From: Aeromonas phage SD04
Length of the DNA stretch: 24,000 nucleotides
Sequence record: MH230177.1
Reading direction: 5' to 3' (one strand)
The notes beneath the pieces were generated by a model. It ran no database searches. It was not told the origin of the DNA and saw nothing but the letters and a program-made list of their open reading frames with translations. A program made the position numbers and the translations under genes. This document shows positions 1 through 8,763 of this stretch, piece after piece; within the stretch, counting starts at the first letter, position 1, and each line of letters begins with the position of its first letter.

Positions 1-458
1 TCAATATAAACACATACAGCTTTCGGGTTTAGATGCTCCTGGATAGCATCTGCAATCTGGTTAGTTAGTCTTTCCTGAACTTGTAAGCGACGGCTAAAAG
101 CATCAACCACGCGAGACAGTTTACTAAGCCCCACAATGCGACCGTTCGGGGCATACCCCACAACAGCACGACCAATAATGGGAGCCATATGGTGCTCGCA
201 ATGACTGTAAACAGGAATATCACGAACAATAACCATTTCATTAGTATTTTCCGCCCCATCCTCAAAGGTCTTAAACAACCCAGCAATATCTACATCGTAA
301 CCGCTAAACCATGTAGCATAAGCTTTAGCTACACGGTCCGGAGTTTCTGCTAATCCTGGACGTAACTCAATGCAATCTTCAATCTGAGTTAGTAAAGTAT
401 GCACCGCGCGAGCAATACGGAATTGAGTACCTTCGTTATCAATAGTAAATTTTGGCAT
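1..458 (-). CDS. folE: GTP cyclohydrolase I (FolE), 3' end truncated by the window edge
   Basis: Reverse-strand open frame from ATG at 458 through position 1: [47 protein letters not shown]...[73 protein letters not shown]. Contains the CEHH zinc motif, [10 protein letters not shown] and RLQVQERLT signatures. Absent from the ORF track because no stop lies in the window. Confidence 0.95.
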   Translation of the reverse strand, partial: MPKFTIDNEGTQFRIARAVHTLLTQIEDCIELRPGLAETPDRVAKAYATWFSGYDVDIAGLFKTFEDGAENTNEMVIVRDIPVYSHCEHHMAPIIGRAVVGYAPNGRIVGLSKLSRVVDAFSRRLQVQERLTNQIADAIQEHLNPKAVCVYI

Positions 459-492
459 GGTTTGCAGTTTCCTTGTTGTTAATGTGGTCATA

Positions 493-1029
493 TTACAGGC
501 TATAGTTTACGTGACATTTCGAAGTTTCTTCGATGGTGCATTCTACAAGTTGAACACCATGTTCGTCAAGCAGTAGCGGACCAATTACTTCAACCATATA
601 TGCAGCTAGGTTTTCCGCAGTTGGGTTGAACGGCAAAGATACCAGTGAATCGTTAAAAGCTTTAAGATCTTCATCCCCTTCACCGAAAGTAGGCCAACCG
701 CGTTCAGATTGAGTATCCGTTTCAATACAACATTGCAGTCCGTTGATCAACATATCCTTTTCCCAATGTAGAAACTTATGATCCCAGTTATTTTCCAGCC
801 ACTGGCAGAGCGTAGTTTTAACCACACTAAAGTCGATCACGCGCCCAACGCTGTCCAGACCGTCCTCAATCAGCTTTCCTCGTGTCACTACTTTTCCGCA
901 TCCATGTTTCGGCGCAACCTTAAAGTGAAACTTATAGTTGTGACCGTGAAGGTGACGGCACTTGCTTTCATGACCAACAACACGATGCCCGGCGCAAATT
1001 TCATGTGAACGAATTACTGTATAGCTCAT
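493..1029 (-). CDS. queD: 6-carboxy-5,6,7,8-tetrahydropterin synthase-like (QueD)
   Basis: 178 aa; Cx3HGHNY zinc/active-site motif ([13 protein letters not shown]), DHKFL, PTAENLA and ECTIEET motifs typical of QueD/PTPS. Confidence 0.92.
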   Translation of the reverse strand: MSYTVIRSHEICAGHRVVGHESKCRHLHGHNYKFHFKVAPKHGCGKVVTRGKLIEDGLDSVGRVIDFSVVKTTLCQWLENNWDHKFLHWEKDMLINGLQCCIETDTQSERGWPTFGEGDEDLKAFNDSLVSLPFNPTAENLAAYMVEVIGPLLLDEHGVQLVECTIEETSKCHVNYSL

Positions 1030-1571
1030 TTTAACACCTCTTTAGATTGTTCAATTTCTAACGCACGCTGTGCGGATGCAATAATATCTTTCAAGTCTTC
1101 TACCAGACTTTTATGACCGCGTTCGCCCGGCTGCAACGCCTTTTTAATTAAATGTTGTAAAGCTGGGTTAGTTGTTTTCCAAGCTTCCAAGACATCATAC
1201 ACGTCCACGATGCATTTTACAACATTGCCGTTTTGATCTTTACCATAAATAACTTTCTGATATTTATTCATAGGGATTTTAGACGGTTCGTATTTTGTAA
1301 AAATTGCGGTTTTATCGATTCTCCAATCAGGCAAATTTGCTTCAATTGATTGTTTGATGTAATCATCCGCAACGATATATCGCCAGGCTACTACATCCGA
1401 CATCTTGAGTGGTAATGGTTTGGGATTGTCTGTATACCAATCCCAACCAGTTCTATAATTCTTAACAATATTACCGCTAGCTAATTGAACTTCAAACTGC
1501 TCGTTTTGAAGAAAGATGGGCATTCCTTTCCCGTCATGCTTGTGCCAAATTTTATTAAGATTATCTTTCAT
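1026..1571 (-). CDS. Conserved phage hypothetical protein between queD and the transporter
   Basis: Likely start is ATG at 1571 (MKDNLNKIWHKHDGKGMP...), 181 aa; stop overlaps the queD start. C-terminal part DVYDVLEAWKTTNPALQHLIKKALQPGERGHKSLVEDLKDIIASAQRALEIE resembles a widespread phage domain of unknown function. Confidence 0.8.
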   Translation of the reverse strand: MKDNLNKIWHKHDGKGMPIFLQNEQFEVQLASGNIVKNYRTGWDWYTDNPKPLPLKMSDVVAWRYIVADDYIKQSIEANLPDWRIDKTAIFTKYEPSKIPMNKYQKVIYGKDQNGNVVKCIVDVYDVLEAWKTTNPALQHLIKKALQPGERGHKSLVEDLKDIIASAQRALEIEQSKEVLK

Positions 1572-1573
1572 TT

Positions 1574-2053
1574 TTACGCTCTCGCTGTACGTGAATGAAC
1601 TTCGTAAACGACCCAAAGAATGGCAGATGCTGTGAACTTACTTAAGCTCATTGCTACCATTGATCCCGGATTAACAATACCTATAATACTTAAGAACACA
1701 ATGGAGTCAATCGGTACAGCCACCAAAGAGCTAATAAATACACGTTGATGAAACGGCTTCTTAGTAATCGTGTATACCGCATAGTCCGCAAACTCACTAA
1801 GCGCAAAAGACGCAACGGATGCAACTACAACCGCAGGATTGCCAAACACCCAGCTAAGGACGCAACCGACAATCATTGCAGGGATAACGCCTTTGCCAGC
1901 GTTACGCTGTGCGTAGTCACGCAACACAAAGATAATACCTACAAAGAAAGCCATCATCGGGACTACGCCAAGAGGCGTGTTAAGCATCGGAAGGTAGGAA
2001 AAGCCCAGGTTTACGAATGTAATTGCAGCCAGATAAGCAACGATAAATTTCAT
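1574..2053 (-). CDS. yhhQ: VUT family (YhhQ-like) queuosine precursor / preQ0 transporter
   Basis: Start ATG 2053 with upstream GGAG; 159 aa very hydrophobic protein; FVGIIFVLRDYAQRNAGKG, ASVASFALSEFADYAVYT, RVFISSLVAVPIDSIVFL patterns fit the VUT/YhhQ family, and the gene sits between queD and queC. Confidence 0.82.
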   Translation of the reverse strand: MKFIVAYLAAITFVNLGFSYLPMLNTPLGVVPMMAFFVGIIFVLRDYAQRNAGKGVIPAMIVGCVLSWVFGNPAVVVASVASFALSEFADYAVYTITKKPFHQRVFISSLVAVPIDSIVFLSIIGIVNPGSMVAMSLSKFTASAILWVVYEVHSRTARA

Positions 2054-2173
2054 ACTTTTGTTCTCCAGTTTTAACAGCGTTATTCGCTGGTTGTTGGGTT
2101 TAAAAGCTTTAGTAGTATAGTTGGGTTCCCGCACCCTAAACAATGCGCTAGCGGTGCGGTTTTCGCGGTAAGA

Positions 2174-2881
2174 TCAAGCTTTGCTAATAAATTCGCTGTA
2201 CCCTTTAGCACGCAGTTTGCACGCAGGACATTCACCGCAACCATACCCCCAGTCATGCAGAGTACGACGGACGCCGTTATAGCAAGTATGGGACTGCTCA
2301 ATTACTGTGGTTAAGAAACCAACCTTATCCGCCAGCTCAAACGTTTCTGCTTTATTTAAACGCATAAGAGGGGTAACAAAATGAATATCTGTTTCATATC
2401 CAACGTTTAACGTAGCTTCAAGCAAATCTACAAACTGCTGACGGCAATCCGGATAACCGCTATAGTCCGTTTCACAAACGCCTGTGACCACATATCGAGC
2501 TCCAACTTTCTGCGCGTAGGCGTGCGCGGTAGTTAGGAAAAGCGCATTACGGTTTGGCACAAAGCTAGCTGGAAGGTTGTTGTGCTGTTCGTGATGTTCG
2601 TTAACATCACCTTCGTTCCCGATTAAAGCACTATTGCCAATCTGTTTCAAAGCAGGTAATTCAAAGACAACAAATGGGACATCGTGCTCTTTACATATCT
2701 GTTCAGCGCAAGCCAATTCCACAGTGTGACGTTGACCGTATGCAAAACCAATAGCGTAAACCTTATCATAGTTATTAAGTGCAAGACCTAAACATGTTAC
2801 GCTGTCCTGGCCGCCAGACAGGACGACAACGGCGGAGTTATGATTTTTTACAGGGAATACCAGTTTATCTAATTTATTCAT
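2174..2881 (-). CDS. queC: 7-cyano-7-deazaguanine synthase (QueC)
   Basis: Start ATG 2881 (MNKLDKLVFPVKN...), 235 aa; PP-loop SGGQDS, FAYGQRH, C-terminal zinc site CYNG...GYGCGECPACKLRAKG. No N-terminal glutamine amidotransferase extension, so it is not a Gat-QueC fusion. Confidence 0.96.
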   Translation of the reverse strand: MNKLDKLVFPVKNHNSAVVVLSGGQDSVTCLGLALNNYDKVYAIGFAYGQRHTVELACAEQICKEHDVPFVVFELPALKQIGNSALIGNEGDVNEHHEQHNNLPASFVPNRNALFLTTAHAYAQKVGARYVVTGVCETDYSGYPDCRQQFVDLLEATLNVGYETDIHFVTPLMRLNKAETFELADKVGFLTTVIEQSHTCYNGVRRTLHDWGYGCGECPACKLRAKGYSEFISKA

Positions 2882-2882
2882 T

Positions 2883-3071
2883 TTAGAACCCTTTAAGGCT
2901 AATATTAAGATTAACGACCACTTGTTCAACTACATCATCAGATGTCATCTGACGCTTATGAATTTCAAGCTCCGAATGTATGTTCTTGGATGCAGCACGA
3001 CAGATAGCGTCATTCAGCTCGTCTTGTAAACGTTGCATCTTCTGCATAAGAATCACAGTCTCTTCATTCAT
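2883..3071 (-). CDS. Small hypothetical protein, paralog of the next gene
   Basis: 62 aa ORF packed between queC and the next ORF; shares the LxxELNxAIxxA...(I/V)HxELxI pattern with 3064..3276. Confidence 0.7.
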   Translation of the reverse strand: MNEETVILMQKMQRLQDELNDAICRAASKNIHSELEIHKRQMTSDDVVEQVVVNLNISLKGF

Positions 3072-3276
3072 CTTCTACACCTTTAATATCACAAGGATTG
3101 ATTGTTACATTTGACATCACAATTGGATGATTGCGTGCCCCGATTGTACTAACGTGATTAATATCTAATTCTACATGCACGCCCTGCATAGTAGCGTGAG
3201 CAATTGCAGAATTAAGTTTTTCTACCAGCTCAGTGATCATTTCCTGATGCTGTTTCGCTTCTTCCAAAGTGATCAT
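3064..3276 (-). CDS. Small hypothetical protein, paralog of 2883..3071
   Basis: 70 aa; MITLEEAKQHQEMITELVEKLNSAIAHATMQGVHVELDINHVS...; overlaps the downstream ORF start by 8 nt, typical of phage operons. Confidence 0.7.
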   Translation of the reverse strand: MITLEEAKQHQEMITELVEKLNSAIAHATMQGVHVELDINHVSTIGARNHPIVMSNVTINPCDIKGVEDE

Positions 3277-3285
3277 TATTCCACC

Positions 3286-3546
3286 TCATAATTGATCCGC
3301 ATATTTACGACTCATTTCCGCAGCTTCATCAGCGGTGCGGTAAGGATTACTAAACTGTTCAGCTTCATCGCTAAACACAAAGCAGTATTCTTCATTACAA
3401 GGGTCGCGGAGTTTATAAACAGGTCCGGCCTTTTCAACATCGCGCTCTTTAGTGCAAACTAATGCACCGTGACAAGCAGCTTCCTGGAGTTTGTTCCAGG
3501 TCATACCATCAATAGGACGATTTTCAAACATATATTTTTCGCTCAT
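3286..3546 (-). CDS. Hypothetical protein
   Basis: 86 aa ORF directly downstream of queE, tight operon spacing. Confidence 0.65.
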   Translation of the reverse strand: MSEKYMFENRPIDGMTWNKLQEAACHGALVCTKERDVEKAGPVYKLRDPCNEEYCFVFSDEAEQFSNPYRTADEAAEMSRKYADQL

Positions 3547-3548
3547 AG

Positions 3549-4256
3549 TTATTCCACCCCGATATATTTGTGAACCTGAAGCTGCAACGTGTACCCGTGT
3601 TTCATACAGCTTTGGATAACGGCTTGGATGTTACTGTGGTTAAGATCTTCATCCTGCTCGTCCATTGGCTGTAAATATATCTTACCCTTGAACCCCTTCG
3701 GAGGTCTAGCGATAAATGGCGTAGCTTGATGATCTAATGCTTGAAGAGGTAAACCATCTTCCACGTTTACACAGAACGCTTTGAGTACATATTTAAATGC
3801 ATTAGCGCGGTACAGCACAGAAGGATGAATCTTTGAGGTCTTAGGACTACATACAATTACAGGTAACTGGGAAAAGTTCTTAGGTACAGGCATAGACCCG
3901 TTAGTTTCAATCTGTACAAGATACCCGCGCGATAACAGTTGTTCAATAAACGGGTTAATTTGCTGACGGAACGGTTCACCCCCAGTAATAACCACAAGTG
4001 AGGTGCAATTGCCCGATTCCAACTTGCGGCTTTCAATCAAGCGCATGATATCAACAATGTGGTAAAGAGAACGACCAACAGTATAATCCGTGTCACAGCC
4101 CGGACATTGCAGGTTACACCCAGCAAGGCGCACAAATACAGCAGGTTGACCGCAGAATGGACCTTCACCCTGAATGGTAGAGAATACCGAATGCACGTCT
4201 AAATACATATCGTTTTCTTTAGAACGAGACTCGGGAGCTTGTTGATTAATATTCAT
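3549..4256 (-). CDS. queE: 7-carboxy-7-deazaguanine synthase (QueE), radical SAM
   Basis: 235 aa; SVFSTIQGEGPFCGQPAVFVRLAGCNLQCPGCDTDY (radical SAM Cys cluster), VVITGGEPFRQQ, VQIETNGS. Start could also be the internal ATG at 4208. Confidence 0.95.
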   Translation of the reverse strand: MNINQQAPESRSKENDMYLDVHSVFSTIQGEGPFCGQPAVFVRLAGCNLQCPGCDTDYTVGRSLYHIVDIMRLIESRKLESGNCTSLVVITGGEPFRQQINPFIEQLLSRGYLVQIETNGSMPVPKNFSQLPVIVCSPKTSKIHPSVLYRANAFKYVLKAFCVNVEDGLPLQALDHQATPFIARPPKGFKGKIYLQPMDEQDEDLNHSNIQAVIQSCMKHGYTLQLQVHKYIGVE

Positions 4257-4271
4257 CTTAAATCCTCTAGT

Positions 4272-4301
4272 GAAAAAGAAAGCGCCTCATTGGGCGCCTT
4301 C
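4272..4301 (-). terminator. Rho-independent terminator/attenuator hairpin
   Basis: Minus strand AAGGCGCC-CAATGA-GGCGCTTT-CTTTTTC: 8-bp stem (one G-U) followed by a U-rich tract; lies after the 4326 gene and in the leader of queE. Confidence 0.7.
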
Positions 4302-4331
4302 ATTATAACGTGATATGTTTTGATATTACAA
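4302..4331 (-). promoter_or_regulatory. Candidate sigma70 promoter driving the queE-queC-queD-folE operon
   Basis: Minus strand TTGTAA (4331-4326) - 18 nt - TATAAT (4307-4302). Confidence 0.6.
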
Positions 4332-5129
4332 GCCGTTCAGGGCTTCCGGTACTGGTACAGGTACGCGACCAGTTACACCATTAAATTTCTTCCAGCGTGC
4401 ATACTGGGTTTTAACGGTATCTTCGTTCAGCCCATGGCGACCAGCCAGATTCAGAACATAAGAGATCGGAGCAGGCTGGCCCAGCGTAGCGCTAATCTGG
4501 TCCATCAGAGCCCAAGCACGACCGCAGGAAGTTTCTGGTTGCGGACGGCGAACACCGTTCTGTTCCGGCATACGATTAGCTTCTTTTTCTTTCTCGCGGA
4601 GCTCTTTAGCGCGTGCTTTTTCCGCTTCTTTTTCTGCCTGTTTTGCAGCACGGATCTTGTCTTTGAAGCCTTTAATAGTAGCTTCCAGACCATCCACCAG
4701 ACCCTGAGCAGAAGTTACAGCACCCGACAGGTCTTCACCTTTAGACTTCTTAACGACAGCTTTCAGCTCTTTCAGAGCTTCTTTAATGGTCTTCAGGTTT
4801 GCAGATCCCTGAGTTTCTGCTTCCGTGATTTGTTCAACAGTGCTTTCGTCGGTGACGGTAGCCAAAGAGTTTTTCAGGATTTCAGCAGCGTTAGCAATCG
4901 CATTAAATTTGTTTTCCGCTTCAGTGCGGATTTCAGCTTGTTTCTTTTCAGCGGCAGCTTTTTTCTCTGCTTCTTTTTTCTCTTTTGCTACGCGTGCAGC
5001 TTCAGCAGCAGCGGCTTTCTTAGCTTCTGCATCATTCACAGTAGCTTCTTTCTTTGCAGGTTTAGCAGATTTTGCAGCGGCAGCAGCGGCAGCAGCGGCA
5101 GCGGCTTTTTTATCTTCAATGTTGCTCAT
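4326..5129 (-). CDS. Ala/Lys/Glu-rich phage protein with C-terminal domain shared with 20707..21321
   Basis: Start ATG 5129 (MSNIEDKKAAAAAAAAAAAAKSAK...) preceded by GGAGTGAAGAG; ends ...NEDTVKTQYARWKKFNGVTGRVPVPVPEALNGL. The track uses an upstream GTG at 5138. Confidence 0.8.
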   Translation of the reverse strand: MSNIEDKKAAAAAAAAAAAKSAKPAKKEATVNDAEAKKAAAAEAARVAKEKKEAEKKAAAEKKQAEIRTEAENKFNAIANAAEILKNSLATVTDESTVEQITEAETQGSANLKTIKEALKELKAVVKKSKGEDLSGAVTSAQGLVDGLEATIKGFKDKIRAAKQAEKEAEKARAKELREKEKEANRMPEQNGVRRPQPETSCGRAWALMDQISATLGQPAPISYVLNLAGRHGLNEDTVKTQYARWKKFNGVTGRVPVPVPEALNGL

Positions 5130-5256
5130 TCTCTTCACTCCGAATTGTTATGGGTTCGTTTGTTACCAACGGGGTTAAATGTACCAAAGGATTTTGTGAC
5201 ACGCAACCCCTTATCTGAATATTTTTAAAAATATTTTTGATCAAGCTTAGAACTTA

Positions 5257-5751
5257 CTAACTCTTTGCCCCTCTGCCCGGTGTCCATGCGGCTTGCAATG
5301 CGGGTTGCTCACAAACGACCCGGGCACCGGAAATAATACCACCCTCCCGTTCAGCATCGTATTTGACACGGGCAGGTTTCCAAAGTCCTTCATCCATTGA
5401 CGGAACGTATTGCCCAGTTTGAGGTGAGCAAAAGCCTTGGATATCGTATTCCACACAGAATTCGGCTTGTGCGCTGATTTGGGCGTGATCCAGGATTGTT
5501 TCTGGAAGTTGCGTAAAGTAATCAAACAAAATGCGCTCAACGATTTCCCGTTCATAAGGTGCAGCTCCTAAGTTTTCTGTCAAGTTAATATAAAGCATTT
5601 GAAGATCAACATCTTCAAGATCATGTAAATCGTCTACTGGTGTTACCAGTGTTGACTCAGGACAACAAATAATTCCAAGTTGGTGTAGTGTCAGCCAATT
5701 GGGATGCTTTGCCAAGAGTTCAAATTTATCTGTATCAATCAGGACGTACAT
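5257..5751 (-). CDS. Hypothetical protein
   Basis: 164 aa ORF, MYVLIDTDKFELLAKHPNWLTLHQLGIICC...; consistent with operon direction. Confidence 0.65.
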   Translation of the reverse strand: MYVLIDTDKFELLAKHPNWLTLHQLGIICCPESTLVTPVDDLHDLEDVDLQMLYINLTENLGAAPYEREIVERILFDYFTQLPETILDHAQISAQAEFCVEYDIQGFCSPQTGQYVPSMDEGLWKPARVKYDAEREGGIISGARVVCEQPALQAAWTPGRGAKS

Positions 5752-5773
5752 TGCAATCCCCTATAAATAAGTA

Positions 5774-5794
5774 ATGCCCCAATAGTAGGGGCAT
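5774..5794 (-). terminator. Weak intrinsic terminator/hairpin after the helicase gene
   Basis: Minus strand ATGCCCC-TACTATT-GGGGCAT followed by TACTTATTT (imperfect U tract). Confidence 0.4.
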
Positions 5795-5810
5795 CAAATG
5801 TTGAAGTCAA

Positions 5811-7787
5811 TTAGAACGGAACGTAATCCGGATCATCTACTTGTACAGGATTAACCACATTGTTCACTGTTATACCTTGCGTATTCTGTGAAACAATATC
5901 ATCCCAGCTCACATCATCGTTATAGCTTGGACCTTCGGTTGTTCCATCCTGCCCGTATACTTTAACCTGAATAGCTTCGTCGTCCTGCGGTGCTTCAAAT
6001 TTACCGAAACACGTACCATCATAATCATAGTTCAATATCTCAGGCCATTTCTTATTGGTATGAACTTTGATGTATTTCGGTGTTTTAAGCATTGCAGCAA
6101 CATCAAGAGCTTCTTCAATAGTTTGTGGTAAAGGAAGATGCGTCCTTTTCTTCCACCATGCGACCGCTTTACGACCTGCCCAGTCACCATGAAGTAGAGC
6201 TACCCATTCGCTGAATATTTTACTACCGCAATAATAAGTCACCTTCATTGTTGGAGGTTTAGAGCTGTCATTGCGTTTAGTGTGCTTCGCATAAGTAACA
6301 TGCGTAACTTTAAAGTCTTCAACTACAGGAATGTCCTGCTTGATCAATGCTTCGGTACTTGCTGCCTTTTTAAGTTTGGTCTGGAACTTAAACTCATGAC
6401 CGCAAAACCCTTCTTTAACATAATCCGTTCCACGTAGTCTGAATCCCTTCAAATATAATTGTTGAACTTGTTCCTGTGTAACGCTGTTCATAGGAATTGG
6501 TGCAAAGCCACCGCAATAGCGAGCAGATGCATGATTATACGACCCGCACACATCGCATTCTTTAACCGGAGCAGTACCAGCACCTTTTTCGCCCGGGCGC
6601 TTGGGTTTAACAGGGTCGTTAATAGGGCCCAAACGGCGCGTATTACCGCTGAAATCCAGTACAAGGCAGTTTTGCTTGGGGCTAGCTGCAATAGCTTGCA
6701 AGCGACCTTCCTGCGTGGAAAGATCAAAGCCCTCCGCATATACCGGACGCGTACCGCGACCCAGCATCTGAACCCATAACACCGCCGACGCAGTGGGGCG
6801 AAGCATGATAATCAGATCAAGCATTGGATGGTCGAAACCTGTGGTTAAGACGTTGTTGTTCGTTAACGCACGAAATTCACCGCGCTTGAACTTTTCAATA
6901 ATCTCGTCACGCTCTTTTGCATCAAGCTTTGAGTGAATACATCCACAACTAATACCCATATCATTCAGCATATCACACGCATCTTTAGCGTGTTCAATAC
7001 CAGAACAAAATATAAGCCAGCTTTGACGGTCTTCACCACATTCAATGGCTTCCTCAAGTGCGCGGAGTGTTGCGTCGTCGCGGTTTACCGCACTTTGCAG
7101 CTCACTCTGAATAAACTCACCTCCGCGTTTCCCTACTCCATTGAGGTCCAGTTCCATCTTTGTACGCTTTGGCACAACCGGAAGCAAATAGCCTTGCTCC
7201 AGGAACCAGTTAAAGGCTTCAGGGGTAGTTGCATCAAACGTTACTTTATCGAATAAAGCATCATCGTCTTCGTTTTCCTTAACAATTGAGCCATAACCCA
7301 GTCGATAAGGTGTAGCGGTAAGACCGATAATTTTTAAATACGGGTTAACTTCACGCAATGCTGCAAAGAACTTCTTATACATTGTTGCATCACGCGGACT
7401 AATAAGGTGCGCTTCATCCACAAAGATTAGATCAACCTTGCCGAACTTTTTAGGATGCTTAGCGACAGATGCAATCCCCGCAAATGTGATAAGATTATAA
7501 ACTTCTTTACGTTTCAAACCTGCGCTGTAAATACCTGCTGGCGCTTCAGGCCAGACTTTCATTAATTTATCATAGTTTTGTGCAATTAACTCTTTGACGT
7601 GAGTTAACATCATTACGCGCTGGTTTGGATACCATTTATAAAGCAGATCGAGGAACCCCGCGATAACGAGCGATTTTCCTGTCCCTGTTGGTAACAGGAT
7701 CAAAGGGTTCCCCGCGTTACCCTTTTCAGCATCAAAATAGCGGAATACGCTATAAACTGCTTCCTGTTGATAATCGCGGAGCTGCAT
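5811..7787 (-). CDS. SF2 DEAH-box DNA helicase
   Basis: Start ATG 7787 (MQLRDYQQEAVYSVF); Walker A LLPTGTGKSLVIAG, DEAH motif IFVDEAH, GLTATPYR, QMLGRGTRP. The track start is a TTG at 7793. Confidence 0.93.
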   Translation of the reverse strand: MQLRDYQQEAVYSVFRYFDAEKGNAGNPLILLPTGTGKSLVIAGFLDLLYKWYPNQRVMMLTHVKELIAQNYDKLMKVWPEAPAGIYSAGLKRKEVYNLITFAGIASVAKHPKKFGKVDLIFVDEAHLISPRDATMYKKFFAALREVNPYLKIIGLTATPYRLGYGSIVKENEDDDALFDKVTFDATTPEAFNWFLEQGYLLPVVPKRTKMELDLNGVGKRGGEFIQSELQSAVNRDDATLRALEEAIECGEDRQSWLIFCSGIEHAKDACDMLNDMGISCGCIHSKLDAKERDEIIEKFKRGEFRALTNNNVLTTGFDHPMLDLIIMLRPTASAVLWVQMLGRGTRPVYAEGFDLSTQEGRLQAIAASPKQNCLVLDFSGNTRRLGPINDPVKPKRPGEKGAGTAPVKECDVCGSYNHASARYCGGFAPIPMNSVTQEQVQQLYLKGFRLRGTDYVKEGFCGHEFKFQTKLKKAASTEALIKQDIPVVEDFKVTHVTYAKHTKRNDSSKPPTMKVTYYCGSKIFSEWVALLHGDWAGRKAVAWWKKRTHLPLPQTIEEALDVAAMLKTPKYIKVHTNKKWPEILNYDYDGTCFGKFEAPQDDEAIQVKVYGQDGTTEGPSYNDDVSWDDIVSQNTQGITVNNVVNPVQVDDPDYVPF

Positions 7788-7789
7788 AA

Positions 7790-8698
7790 TCAATCTTTCC
7801 CGTAATAGTTAGCTACTTGATAGTTTTGACAACCAACTTTTTGACCCTGCGTATCTACTGCAACGGAATGAAAATTGCAATACCATGTTCCATCATCTTT
7901 TGGCTCAAGAAATTGACATGTGCGACAGTTTACTTCCGGCATAGTTTTACGCCAGCACAATGAGGAGTGGTCACACCATTTGCATTCGAAGAAGGTAGAG
8001 TCTTTGAATGCACGGTCAGGAATATCCGTAGCAATAGCAATCTGCACACCACGATCAATATACATGTCCGCAGTGACAGGATCAAATGGAATAATTTCTG
8101 CGTAAACTTCATCATCGTTCTTGTTTACAGCAAGATATAACGCCGCACCAAGTCCAAGCTTTCGCATGTACACGTTCATCTGCACATAGTGCTCAGGTTT
8201 TGCTTCTTTGACACCTTTAGCTTTCAGCTTCTTGAAAGACTTATCGTTGTGGGTCTTCATTTCAGTAAGCACAGGCATTCCAGGCTGAACGTCCGGACAA
8301 CCTATAACCACACCGTCGCAGGATCCGCCAAAGTGTCCGCCAGCTTCGCTGATACGGAACTGGTGTCCGTTTTCATCCTGCTGGTAGACCTGCATACCTG
8401 CCGCAAGAAGCATAGCAATGAAACGCGCTTCTTCCAGATGTCCGCGGTTAAATAGGCGGAGCTGGCGTCCATCGAACTCTTTACGAGTAGCCCAGCGATA
8501 CCCGTAAAACAGCTTGCGAGCACATTGTTGTCCAATAAGGGAAGCACCTAAGTGACTGCGATTTCCGCTTTCAGGACGATATGCGTCTTCAATTGTGGGA
8601 ATAACTACGCCGAGATATTTACGGTAAGTCCCACCCTGATCTTTTTGCACACCGTCATTGATTGCTTGAAGTGTTTTTTCTGCAATATAAATAGCCAT
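7790..8698 (-). CDS. PD-(D/E)XK nuclease, RecB/Cas4-like with probable Fe-S cysteines
   Basis: 302 aa; GSCDGVVIG...VLTEMKTH...HYVQMNVYMRKLG (D...ExK...Q), N-terminal QQCARK and C-terminal CKWCDHSSLC cysteines; further CRTCQFL...WYCNFH motif. Confidence 0.85.
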   Translation of the reverse strand: MAIYIAEKTLQAINDGVQKDQGGTYRKYLGVVIPTIEDAYRPESGNRSHLGASLIGQQCARKLFYGYRWATRKEFDGRQLRLFNRGHLEEARFIAMLLAAGMQVYQQDENGHQFRISEAGGHFGGSCDGVVIGCPDVQPGMPVLTEMKTHNDKSFKKLKAKGVKEAKPEHYVQMNVYMRKLGLGAALYLAVNKNDDEVYAEIIPFDPVTADMYIDRGVQIAIATDIPDRAFKDSTFFECKWCDHSSLCWRKTMPEVNCRTCQFLEPKDDGTWYCNFHSVAVDTQGQKVGCQNYQVANYYGKD

Positions 8699-8763
8699 TG
8701 GAGTACCTTAGAAAGGTAAGCCGTCTTTCAACGGCTTAGGGACACTACAGAGGGAGGGTTAAC

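Noticed and set aside
4256-4302. preQ1 riboswitch in the queE leader
   Set aside because: The leader is only ~45 nt and dominated by the terminator-like hairpin; no H-type pseudoknot preQ1 aptamer pattern was recognisable.
4320-5228. 302-aa plus-strand ORF (and 4825..5178) opposite the Ala-rich gene
   Set aside because: Antisense shadow of a GCN/AAR-rich coding sequence; low-complexity Phe/Ser/Cys composition and no RBS support.
7790-8698. Cas4 as part of a CRISPR-Cas system
   Set aside because: The Cas4-like nuclease sits among replication/recombination genes with no cas1/cas2 or CRISPR array; the fold is common in phage recombination modules.
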